Shown: positions 1-9,058 of the stretch, piece after piece | How the letters are laid out: every line of letters begins with the position of its first letter | Numbering within the stretch: position 1 is the stretch's first letter | Origin: Macrostomum lignano | Taxonomy: Eukaryota | Reading direction: 5' to 3' | DNA: 35,308 nt | NCBI GenBank assembly: GCA_002269645.1 | Contig: NIVC01000565.1 | Span: 1 to 35,308, forward strand | Notes under the pieces: generated by a model | Seen by the model: only the letters and a program-made list of their open reading frames with translations | Databases searched by the model: none | Told to the model about the DNA's origin: nothing | Position numbers and translations under genes: made by a program

Positions 1-85
1 CCTCTTTCCCCTCTTCTCTTCCTCTTCTCTCCTCTTATCTTTTGCCTTTTCTCTTATCCCATCTCTCGACTCTGCTCTGCTCTCG
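1..85 (+). repeat. Low-complexity polypyrimidine (CT-rich) tract
   Basis: cctctttcccctcttctcttcctcttctct... Confidence 0.7.
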
Positions 86-104
86 ACCCGCAGCCATGAG
101 CTGG

Positions 105-150
105 TTTCTAATTATCTGGGCCTTGAGGTAAAAAAGTTTGCCGACCCCTG
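105..150 (-). mobile_element. Terminus of a hAT/Charlie-type DNA transposon remnant
   Basis: Reverse complement reads CAGGGGTCGGCAAACTTTTTTACCTCAAGGCCCAGATAATT. From memory this resembles the CAGGGGTCGGCAAAC termini of hAT-Charlie MITEs such as MER58-type; the partner end is not visible. Confidence 0.5.
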
Positions 151-152
151 GA

Positions 153-183
153 ATTAGGGTTAGGGCTAGGGCTAGGGCTAGGT
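153..183 (+). repeat. Short interstitial telomere-like tract (TTAGGG)2(CTAGGG)n
   Basis: ttagggttagggctagggctagggctagg is visible directly. Confidence 0.7.
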
Positions 184-770
184 TTAAATGTAAAGGGTTA
201 GCTTCGATCGGCAGCAATTTGTAGCAGTCAAATGTCGAGGAGTATTTTCCCCGGATCTCAATCATTTTTAATGCATTACAAGCGTTGTTTACATAAATTC
301 TGTGTAAATACCGGTATGAACCCTGCGAATACATTAAACGTAATGTAAATGTTTTAAAACAGAACAAATAAATAAATATAAGCAATTTCTATTTGGCTAA
401 ATCAAATTTCAATCGCTGGTATTTATTAATTGTTAAAAGCATGGGAAATTACGTACATGCAGTTGATATTGCTTCAAAAAATGATTTCTACGATTCAGCA
501 ATAGGCTGTATAGCATAAACAAATTATAAATATTAGCAGTACATACTAACTAGACTATCTAGATAAACTAGATGTGTCACTCGAATTTGAAGTTGTGAAA
601 AAGAATAGCGTCTCTACTCTTTCTTCAGTGGTTTGTCTGCGCATTGTCACTTAAATTTGATGCGGCACCTAAAATTTCCTTTTCTTCCTCGGCCGGTCTT
701 GGACTCAGGAACAGATGAGATTGAGAATGAAAAACAGCATTTATCTCGGTGTACACAAGTGAACGCAAGT

Positions 771-955
771 CGGACGAAACTCAGTCTAGAGGCAGGCCTA
801 ATCTAGCCCAGCCAATGAGAGCCCAGAGAGGAGAGAGGTCAAAGTTAGACGGACGAAACCAGCTTTATGTATGGGGCAGGCCCAATCTAGCTCAGCCAAT
901 GAGATTGAATTAGGGAGAGAGTTTGGTTTGGCTGTCAAAGTCAGACGTACAAGCG
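771..955. repeat. Degenerate ~80-bp tandem duplication, each copy with an agCCAATgag box
   Basis: cggacgaaac at 771 and 850. ggcaggcc(t/c)aatctagc(c/t)cagccaatgaga and gtcaaagt(t/c)agacg each occur twice. Confidence 0.7.
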
Positions 956-1761
956 GGCAAGAGGGAAGCCAAGCTACAAAGTTCAAATTTCAAAGCAAAA
1001 ACGTTAATTTTGCGTCTTGAAGAGTAGATGAACGCATTTCGCGAGTGGCATATCTAGTTGTTCTAGAATTTGTGGTAATATCTAAGTATTGTATCGCAGA
1101 TATTGGCAGAATAGCTAGTAAACAATAGATATAGGAAAGGAATTGCAGTATGCTAATAGTTTGAAAATAGCGTGTAAAATCCAGCGCTACCAAACAAATA
1201 GAGGTATTTCAAAATCCGGCACGGATAGTAAAAAGGCTTGCAGAGTAGAATCAATGCGTTATTTGATTAGGTTAGGGCTGATTATGAAAGTATCCATGGC
1301 TTAAAGAGATATTTTGAGCCAAATATGCATTAAGCGTCAAGTTTGGCTATGGTATAAATGTTTCAGGATAGCTCATTAGTTTCTTATCAAATTCTAGACA
1401 AAGGATAACTTTAAACCATTCTTAGTCCCAGTGCTAATTTTAATACGACATAAGCAACCCCCTTACCCCAGGCCAGATTGTAAACAGTTCGCTGCTCTCT
1501 TCAACACACTGGCGTCAGGGTAACCCCGCCCGCCCCGTCACCCCTTTATCGATTTCTTAGGCTTCCAGTGTACAGTTGTAAGGACTCGGATGTACATCTG
1601 TGTGAATTGCCTCAGCTATATAGGGATAGAGAATAGAAAAGAATGTACAAAGACGGAAATTTTAATTTCTTAAAAAATTGCAAGCTGTCTAAGAAATTAT
1701 TTATATGCGCGATGAAATTAGCTTTTACAGTAAAAAGTGACTTCACAGCAGATTGCATCAC

Positions 1762-1816
1762 CTCTTCAGTTGCACCAATAAGCCAGTTCTGTCCGTCGAG
1801 TTCGAGCTAGCGGTTA
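1762..1816 (-). CDS. Possible small penultimate exon (VTASSNSTDRTGLLVQLK)
   Basis: catttgaCAG acceptor, open in the required phase 1, AG/GTGATG donor. Joining to the TAG acceptor at 1616-1618 gives an immediate stop. No domain support. Confidence 0.25.
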
Positions 1817-1896
1817 CTGTCAAATGTGGGTGGGTGTAGTTGATAGTAGTCACTTTAGGCTCTAGAAATTTGGTTCTATTTTTTTTCTAAATTCAA

Positions 1897-2003
1897 AAGG
1901 CCGCTGCTCCATCCTAGTTGAATTACATCAAAGAAACCGCCTTTCCGAGTCTCCATCCTAGCGATGCTACATCAAAGAGGCCGCTCGCTCTCCATCCTAG
2001 GCT
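1897..2003. repeat. Three degenerate ~40-bp tandem copies (ccgc...ctccatcctag...tacatcaaag)
   Basis: ctccatcctag occurs three times and tacatcaaag twice in the region. Confidence 0.7.
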
Positions 2004-2131
2004 ACACGCAGTGCACCAGAGGCCAACTTCCAATCAGCTCGAGCTCATTTTTAAGTTGTACTTATAACACCCGTAATGGAAAAGTTGTTGTATCTTTGGT
2101 TTAGTACTTCAGCTCTTCCACCTGAAATTAC

Positions 2132-2332
2132 CTGCAATGCATCGAATGACAAAGTTGCTGCAGTTGATGCTGGAGCTGGGGCAGACTGCCTTGCAGATCT
2201 GACCATCGGGGCAGACGCCACTACCTTCGCCATCAGCGCCGCAGGGTGACACGCAGTCGCACGTTGGGCAGCCATTGGCGTCATTCACGTAGCCGTAGCG
2301 GCACTTCAGCTGGCATCGACTTGGTTGACACT
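2132..2332 (-). CDS. Exon: 12-Cys antistasin-like module 2
   Basis: CQPSRCQLKCRYGYVNDANGCPTCDCVSPCG...CPDGQICKAVCPSSSINCSNFVIRC, with antistasin CxxxCxxGYxxDxNGCxxCxC pattern. CAG and GTAATT ends, 201 nt, phase 1-1. Confidence 0.88.
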
Positions 2333-2520
2333 CTGCAAATTGGATCATGTTTGAAACGGTGATTGCATCGGTCTCGAGAATTTTTAATGACCCCTATATG
2401 TTAGTCACATTTGCAGTCATACGCTCGTAGTATACATAGTAGTAGTTGCGTAACACTTTCAAACAGGCACTCCATGGATTCAAAATCCCGATGTCAATAA
2501 CCTGATAGCTCAATGCTTAC

Positions 2521-2928
2521 TAGACAGAACAGTTACATTGACGCGGTTGGACTCGGCCGTCTCCAGCCCGTTGCCTAGGCGGCAGAAGTACCGCCCGGCG
2601 TCCTCGCGACGCAGAGCCGCCAGATGTAGCGGGCCTGAAGCGCCAATCGGCGTCGGCTGCGGTCGCCCAGCACCTCCTTGTACCAGAACGTCCAGTACGG
2701 CGCCGGGTGCCCACCAAGGGACGCACAGGTCAACAGGAGTGAGTCACCGACGGAGAGCTCAACCGAAGTGGACTCAGTGCTGGCGGCTGCCATGGCCACC
2801 GCGCCGGAGAGGGGTTCGCGGTACTGGACTAGGACAGTGCGAGAGTCCGGCTGGCCGATGCTGTTGCCAGCCTGGCAGAGGTACACGCCCTCGGCGCCCG
2901 GTTGAGCTGTTAGGCGCAGCCTGGCACC
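2521..2928 (-). CDS. Exon: C-half of Ig2 and all of Ig3, with apparent 1-nt deletion at ~2673
   Basis: GARLRLTAQPGAEGVYLCQAGNSIG...LTCASLGGHPAPYWTFWYKE, then in a shifted frame GAGRPQPTPIGASGPLHLAALRREDAGRYFCRLGNGLETAESNRVNVTVL. The exon is 408 nt but its phases (0 to 1) require 409. Confidence 0.8.
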
Positions 2929-2992
2929 CTGCGCGTCGCAATGAGGATGACAATAAGGATGAGTGAGATTCTTTCCACAACCTTGGAAAATA

Positions 2993-3170
2993 TTAACCCG
3001 AATTTTTCGACCGGATGTTTTTGACTCGACCCGGATCTAGACAGGATAAAATAAACCCAAACCAAACCACCGTAAATACGTTATTTAGGAGCTTAAAAAG
3101 ATTTGGACCACTCCGATTGGGTCAGTTCACTATCAGTTCACCTAGAAACCAGGTCAATTTTTCGGGTTAA
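2993..3170. mobile_element. Putative ~170-bp non-autonomous piggyBac-like MITE in intron
   Basis: TTAA|CCCGAA...TTCGGG|TTAA (TTAA at 2993-2996 and 3167-3170). The imperfect inverted repeat extends to a gacc motif at both ends. TTAA duplication with CCC ends is typical of piggyBac. Confidence 0.45.
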
Positions 3171-3641
3171 GGCTGGGGTTGTTACGTTTATGGTTACTAG
3201 TATCAGGGTTTGGAATAGGGTTGTTAATGTTAGGGCTTAAGAAGACAAAATTAAAAGATGTCGTATGTTTGCTCTTGTCAGTGTGCCCCACAGAATATGT
3301 ATATTATGTGCCCTGCTCAAGGACAACTTTTGTAAGGATAAACAAGTTATCAACGAAGTTCCCTTGCAGTAGCATTAAGCAACGAAAATTTAATAACTGC
3401 GGCCTTATAAAATTCAAAACCTTTGATATAATGCCTCTTTACGCTCGTAATGACGTAATGGCAAAACCTATACTCGTATGTTTCTCAAGACTGCAGTATT
3501 CTTTATATACAAAATCTAAGCTCACTGAAATACTCAAAGAACTTGAATTACGAGCGTATACGGGAATAAATACTCGAGAAATACTTATTAAGGGACATTT
3601 CCCACTTTTAATAAATCGTTGACCCTCTTCTAAAGTAGTAC

Positions 3642-3963
3642 CTCAGCCAGGGGCCCCAGCTGGAGCTGGTCGTATCGGAACCACCGCACCGTGGGCGGCG
3701 GCTGGCCCCGGACCTCGCACACCAGCAGTGCAGTCTGGTTCCGACTCGTCAACGGCAGGCCGGAAGTCGTCACTCCATTGATTCTGGCCGGAGACAGCAC
3801 GCTTAGTCGGACGGTGTTGAATACGAGGTCACCGTTACCATGACAACGATAGGCGCCAGAATCAGAGAGCTCGGCGTGAGCGAACCACAGGGCGCTACCA
3901 GGCGGGTCAGACGGCTGATTGTCGTCGTCAAGACTGACTCGATCGTCGAGTCCGATTGAAATC
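3642..3963 (-). CDS. Exon: C-half of Ig1 and N-half of Ig2
   Basis: LWFAHAELSDSGAYRC (DxGxYxC motif), then LLVCEVRGQPPPTVRWFR. 322 nt, phase 2 to 0; donor GAG/GTACTA is weak-looking. Confidence 0.85.
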
Positions 3964-4300
3964 CTGCGATAATCAGCAAATACAGGATGGTGTTTTGTAG
4001 AAAGTTTTGAACCGCGCTTCACATTTAAGGTTTACGGTTTTAAAAGCGTGCTGTGCACGAAATAGAAGGAACACGCTCTAATACTCGCGTTTGGTATGTT
4101 GCTTATACAGGGCGGTAGGATATTTCTTCGTGCTCTGCAATTGTTGCTTCTTCTTCTCTCTGCCTCCGGCCGTTCCGCTAAGCCTTCTTGGCGACTTTTT
4201 CCAACGATTGCAATGGAGATATCATGCGCTCCTATTTTACGCTTACAGCTGGTGAAATTTTCGAACACAACTCATCTGTACGCGCTTTCCAAAAACGCAC

Positions 4301-4466
4301 CCGTCTTTTTTCCATACGACGGCTGCCACCGAAGTCTCAGACTGCGGCTCTGTCCCGAGACGAACTGCGCGGCGGCAGGCCAATCGAACCGGCTGTCCTT
4401 CGATTGCTGTCACGAACTCGGACGATCCTTCGTCCTTCGAGTCAACGCGAGGGGATGCAGTGCGAG
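4301..4466 (-). CDS. Exon: N-terminal half of Ig domain 1
   Basis: EFVTAIEGQPVRLACRR...VVWKKDG. Acceptor cctctacttgCAG, donor GTGCGT, 166 nt, phase 1 to 2. Confidence 0.85.
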
Positions 4467-4611
4467 CTGCAAGTAGAGGATATTGCGTTTTAAACACTAT
4501 AGGATTACCGCTAGCATGCTAGACATGCTAATCCGTCCCTGACATTAATATTCCACTGGCTAGCGACCTCACTAAGGACCATCCTGAGCTATAAAAGTAG
4601 GAATTATTTAC

Positions 4612-4812
4612 AGGTCTCGCAGGTGACATTCATCTCAGCGCACTGCAAGCCACTGCAGTGCACCCTGCACCGCTCCAACGGCCCACAGCGACCCGCAGCG
4701 GCGCACGGATCGTGGCAGCGGCAGACGCGGCAGCCGGACTCGGGCAGGGTGAATCGCCGGTGTCTGCCGTAGGGACAGTCTGCCGGGCACTCGTCCAGCC
4801 TCGGGTTGCATT
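4612..4812 (-). CDS. Exon: 12-Cys antistasin-like module 1 (not in the ORF track)
   Basis: CNPRLDECPADCPYGRHRRFTLPESGCRVCRCHDPCAAAGRCGPLERCRVHCSGLQCAEMNVTCET. Acceptor tttttCAG, donor GTAAAT, 201 nt, phase 1-1. Confidence 0.85.
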
Positions 4813-4893
4813 CTGAAAAATATGCGATTCTCGATATGGCTAAAACTTACGGGCCAATTTACTTCCTGAGAAAAATATCAAGGCTATGCTCAC

Positions 4894-6021
4894 GTTTGCT
4901 CTCTACAGGGCAGAGATTCTCACAGTCGCTGAGACTCAAGAAAGCATTGCCCCGGAGCGTGGAGTTGCCGGCCGAGCAGAATTTTCTACCCAGCACGCGT
5001 TTGCACATCCGGCTGGCGGCGCTGAAGCTGTACACGTCGCGCTGGAGCTCTGTGGGACAGACACTACGAGTACTTCGGCCGGGTGCTGGAGCCTCATCGC
5101 CAATATCGGAATGACAAATTTCCGGATTCCAAGTTTTCGGCAGTGCCGCTTGATTTTGAATGATAGATCGTTTAGCCCTCTGAGCCGAAGCCGCTGCGCC
5201 TGCAGTTTGAATCGCTTGCGTGTCGGCCTCGGGTGCGCACCTGGCCTGGCACTCCCGGTAGCTGCCGAACCTGTTGGGGTTTCCACCACAGCCGTTGTAC
5301 AGGAAGCGGCTGCACTGCTTGGTGTCGTAGTTGTAGTAGTACCGCCACGACTGGGCCAGCAGTGGATTGGGACCGCCGCACAGGCGACCTTCCGAGACAG
5401 GGTGGAGGCACGGGTCATTTAACAGCGGTGTCTCGCACACATTGCGGCACTCGGCCAGGCTCAGAAAGCGGTTTCGATTGCCCAGGCAGCCGCTGTAGCG
5501 CATCTCCTGGCAGCTGCCTGTGTCTGGATCGTAGCTGAACCGCAGAAGCGACTCGCCGCACGGCCCCGGGTCGGGCGCCAGGTAGCAGACGCGCTGCCGA
5601 AGCTCTGGGTAGCAGTGCCTCTTGCAGTCCGACCAGGTCACGAAGAAGTTCATGCCTTTGCGGCCTACGCCGCGCACCACCGAATCGCGGCAGGTGACGT
5701 CGCTTGCGTCGAAAAAATAGCTGACGTAGGCTGAGGATGCGTGCGACGACTTCTGGGAGGGCAGCGTTGGCGGCAGCTGGCAGCGGTCCTGCAGCATGTC
5801 CACCGAGGCCGATCGGCCAGAGCACAGGGCCCGGCGCTGGTGGCAGTCCCTACGGTTAGCGAATAGCTGCTGAGAATGTCGAGCGGCGCAGACAGCCGCG
5901 ACGGACACCTCTTCGCAGTCTGAAGTTGGATCGCCAAGCTGCCAGCGGGTGACCATCTGGACGTTTGGATTATCGTTGTCGATGCAGCCTGGCGGCCGTT
6001 GGCAAGACGGCTGAGATGCTC
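4894..6021 (-). CDS. Exon: five Kunitz-like domains (K6-K10) plus linker with RAKR
   Basis: Acceptor tttttttgCAG at 6022-6024 extends ORF 4859-5956 upstream (RASQPSCQRPPGC...). Two domains are clearly canonical (VCYLAPDPGPC...GCLGNRNRF...; PCLHPVSEGRLC...GCGGNPNRF...). Donor GTGAGC, 1128 nt, phase 1-1. Confidence 0.92.
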
Positions 6022-6046
6022 CTGCAAAAAAATAGTAAGCATTCTT

Positions 6047-6496
6047 ATAGCTACTGCTATTGCTACAGCTACTGCTACAGCTACAGCTACTGCTACTGCT
6101 ACAGCTACTGCTACAGCTACAGCTACAGCTACAGCTACAGCTACTGCTACAGCTACAGCTACAGCTACTGCTACAGCTATTACTACAGCTACTGCTACAG
6201 CTACAGCTACAGCTATAGCTACTGCTACAGCTACTGCTACCGCTACAGCTACAGCTACTGCTACAGCTACAGCTACAGCTACAGCTACAGCTACTGCTAC
6301 AGCTATTACTACAGCTACCGCTACAGCTACAGCTACAGCTACAGCTACAGCTACAGCTACTGCTACAGCTACTGCTACAGCTATTACTACAGCTACCGCT
6401 ACAGCTACAGCTACAGCTACAGCTACAGCTACAGCTACAGCTACAGCTACAGCTACAGCTACAGCTACAGCTACAGCTACTGCTACAGCTACTGCT
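6047..6496. repeat. Intronic hexamer microsatellite (CTACAG/CTACTG)n, ~75 units
   Basis: Directly visible. It produces the spurious poly-AV, poly-AT and poly-YS ORFs in the track. Confidence 0.97.
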
Positions 6497-6629
6497 CTTT
6501 GCAATTCAGTCTCTTCTTGGCTGAAAATTTCACACTGAGCATGTAAACTCCAATGCACTAACTACTGTAATAGTATTACTACTACTGCTCCAAAAATGTC
6601 CAACAGCATCACCAACTCCATCAGCTCAC

Positions 6630-7103
6630 TGAAATTCAGGCACGCATAGTGACAGTCCTCTTCAGTCTCGAAGTTGTTTGCGTTGCCTCCGCAGCCGGTG
6701 AATTTAAATGTCCGACATTGGCCGGTCCTTTCATCGAAGAAGTAGCGGGTCAGCCTCACAAGGTCAGACATCGGGCAGGAGCCAGCGGATGGTGGCAGCT
6801 GGCAGACGCTGCTGAAGTTGGACTCTGGCAGCAGCAGCGGCGCCGGGCCGCCGACCCACCGGCTAGAATGGCGGCGGCTGCTGGACTCCAGTGGGCCGCC
6901 GCTGCGCGCCGCGGCTTGTTGAGCGCCAGATCCCGCGGTGCTGCCGCAGGTTCGCTCGCAGTCCATCAATCCGAGGAAGCGGTTCCGGTTGCCCTGGCAA
7001 CCGCTGTAGACGAATTCGCGACAGGTGCGCTCATTTGCATCGTAGAAGAAACGGACGTGACTCTCCTGGCAGGAGCCTTCATCCATGGGCAGGCTGCACA
7101 CGT
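6630..7103 (-). CDS. Exon: two canonical Kunitz domains (K4, K5) with G/S/A-rich linker
   Basis: VCSLPMDEGSCQESHVRFFYDANERTCREFVYSGCQGNRNRFLGLMDCERTC and VCQLPPSAGSCPMSDLVRLTRYFFDERTGQCRTFKFTGCGGNANNFETEEDCHYAC. 474 nt, phase 1-1, donor GTGAGC. Confidence 0.92.
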
Positions 7104-7550
7104 CTGCCGGTTGAATATCGAATGAAAACTGTCTACTAAGAATATACTGACGCATAGCAACTGCCTTGTTCTTTATTTAAACAAATAAACCCTTTTAAAT
7201 GTCTATACTATCAGCGCCTCATGTCGACCCACCGTCACCGATTCGGGTAAAAATCACCTCAAAACAATTCTGTCCCCAGAACCAACATGAATGAACTGCA
7301 CGACCTCAGCAATCCGAGCTAGGAATGCAAACAGCAATGAACGCAACAATAAAGGCCAGGTCGCAAGACGATCGTCCGAACCTCGGCATGAATGAAGGCC
7401 AAAGCAACTTCTCAGCTAAAATCCCTCGGTCTAAATGTAACGACATCTATCCAGAAAATACATTCTCTGTGTAACTAAGGTGCAATAAAGTCCTAAAATT
7501 TTTGTCGCCCTGATTTAGGAGACTCCAAGCTGGCACCCCAAAACCCTCAC

Positions 7551-7742
7551 CGGCCAGCGACTCGGGCATGCAGTGCTGTCTGCACTCATCCAGGCTGCCG
7601 AAGCTGTTGCCAGCCAGCGAGTCGTTCGGGCAGACTGTAAGGCGAATACACGCCCTGTGCTGTTCACTGTAAAAGTACATGTCCCTCGGGAACTCGCAGT
7701 GCCTCGCGTCCGAGTCCACGTCGAAGGATGCGTAACAGCGGT
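7551..7742 (-). CDS. Exon: Kunitz domain (K3)
   Basis: DRCYASFDVDSDARHCEFPRDMYFYSEQHRACIRLTVCPNDSLAGNSFGSLDECRQHC. CAG and GTGAGG ends, 192 nt, phase 1-1. Confidence 0.85.
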
Positions 7743-7898
7743 CTGAGACGGACAGATTTGTTCGATTTACGAGTAGCTTCAGTTGATAACTTTAGTTATT
7801 TATGTTAAACATGCAGCAGTTAACATGTACAACAGCTTGCTAGGAACAAACATAAAAAATGCCACAATGCTGTCCCAGGCCACCAGCCACGCACTCAC

Positions 7899-8144
7899 CC
7901 TGCACAATGCTGTCCGTGGCCTGACTGACGCAAGTCTCGCTGCAGGTGACTCTATCCACAAAGAAGCTGACTTTTCCAACGAGGCTTCGACACTCCGGGC
8001 TTTCCTTGAGAGCAACGGGCAGACAGGCGCCTATCTTGGCCGAGTAGCGGTAGTGCTGGACGCTGCCCCGGTCTGTCGTCTCTGCTGAGAAGTCCAAGCA
8101 GGCCTGAGCTGCGCTGGTCATTGTGCAGCGCGAGTTCAAATCCT
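7899..8144 (-). CDS. Exon: divergent 6-Cys Kunitz-like domain (K2)
   Basis: RCTMTSAAQACLDFS...YRYSAKIGACLPV...ECRSLVGKVSFFVDRVTCSETC. Acceptor ctcttctatctctCAG, donor GTGAGT, 246 nt, phase 1-1. Confidence 0.8.
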
Positions 8145-8329
8145 CTGAGAGATAGAAGAGAGGGACTTAGCAAACTTTCTCTGGTTCGAATGGTTCACTA
8201 GTTGACTTAGCACGAACCTGCAGTCTTCGCAAGCAATGCACATGTCATGCTCGTAGGTTGACGAGAAATTACACTAACAGTCAAATTATAATTTAACAGT
8301 GTTTTCAAGACCCCTGAAGTCAATCTTAC

Positions 8330-8539
8330 TTTTGAATCGGTCCAAGCAGTTCTTCTCGCACATCTCTTGCGTGTCAAAGCGATTTGCTGAGCCGTTACCA
8401 ATAACCGAGTATTCGTAGGGGGCGCAACTACCGTCGTTTGGCAAGTAGCCAAAGGCATGCCGGGCGGTCTTCGCCGTGTTGGACAGCATCGATTGCACAC
8501 CGCTGAACCCTCCAGTCTCCTGAAGACAGGGCTCGTAGC
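8330..8539 (-). CDS. Exon: degenerate 4-Cys Kunitz domain (K1)
   Basis: GYEPCLQETGGFSGVQSMLSNTAKTARHAFGYLPNDGSCAPYEYSVIGNGSANRFDTQEMCEKNCL, with Kunitz N-R-F-x5-C-x3-C tail. CAG and GTAAGA ends, 210 nt, phase 1-1. Confidence 0.8.
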
Positions 8540-8688
8540 CTGTGGTGTGGACAAGGCTTCAGTAGCTACTGAATTTCAAAGTGACTGTGCTAAAGCTTCA
8601 AACCCTGCATCTGCCGGAGCTTCAAACCTTAAACGCACAAGAGAAAAAGCAATAGCAACTGAAACAAGATGCACAAAAATTCACTTAC

Positions 8689-9058
8689 CAAGTACCCGGG
8701 GCGCCGCCTGAGATCGTCTAACCCGATTAGACCGGTCGCACTGAACGCTCTTCCAGGCGGGGCCCTCATCCTGGCTGCGGCAGAAGCTCAGTGGCACCTG
8801 GCGATCGCCAATTCGACAAGACGGCGTCATGATCCGCAGACCCAGAGCTCTACTGCAGTTTCCAGGCACCCAGTGCAGAGTGGACTGTCCAAGCGGGTCG
8901 CAGTTGTCCCTGTAGCTGCAGCTCTGCAGCATATCCGAAGCAAAATCCTCGGTGAGCTGATCCATGCAGGTCCTGGTGGGCAGCAACTCGTTGAAGACGC
9001 TCACGCAGATGATTTCCCTGGTCTGATAGCTCTCGTTGGAGCTGTGGTCGCACATGCA
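8689..9058 (-). CDS. Exon: two divergent ADAMTS-type TSP1-like repeats plus linker with RVRR
   Basis: CMCDHSSNESYQTREIICVSVFNELLPTRTC...SCSYRDNC and HWVPGNCSRALGLRIMTPSCRIGDRQVPLSFC...VQC. Acceptor ttttcctaaAG, donor GTAAGT, 370 nt, phase 0 to 1. Confidence 0.8.

Noticed and set aside
990-1193. 67-aa minus-strand ORF with a hydrophobic stretch (possible TM exon)
   Set aside because: AT-rich, non-ATG start, and no convincing splice sites linking it to the gene; likely UTR or intergenic.
1557-1615. Terminal exon candidate AEAIHTDVHPSPYNCTLEA*
   Set aside because: It has a good pyrimidine tract and TAG acceptor but no domain support, and it cannot be distinguished from the 1762-1816 route; left unresolved.
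4603-4611. Read-through stop (ETCK*) after antistasin module 1 as a short isoform
   Set aside because: It would add an unpaired 13th Cys, whereas the sister module has 12. No nearby poly(A) signal seen, and the GTAAAT donor keeps phase with the Ig exon.
5665-6558. Poly-AV, poly-AT and poly-YS/YC ORFs (5665-6558, 5999-6538, 5965-6546)
   Set aside because: Translations of the intronic hexamer microsatellite.
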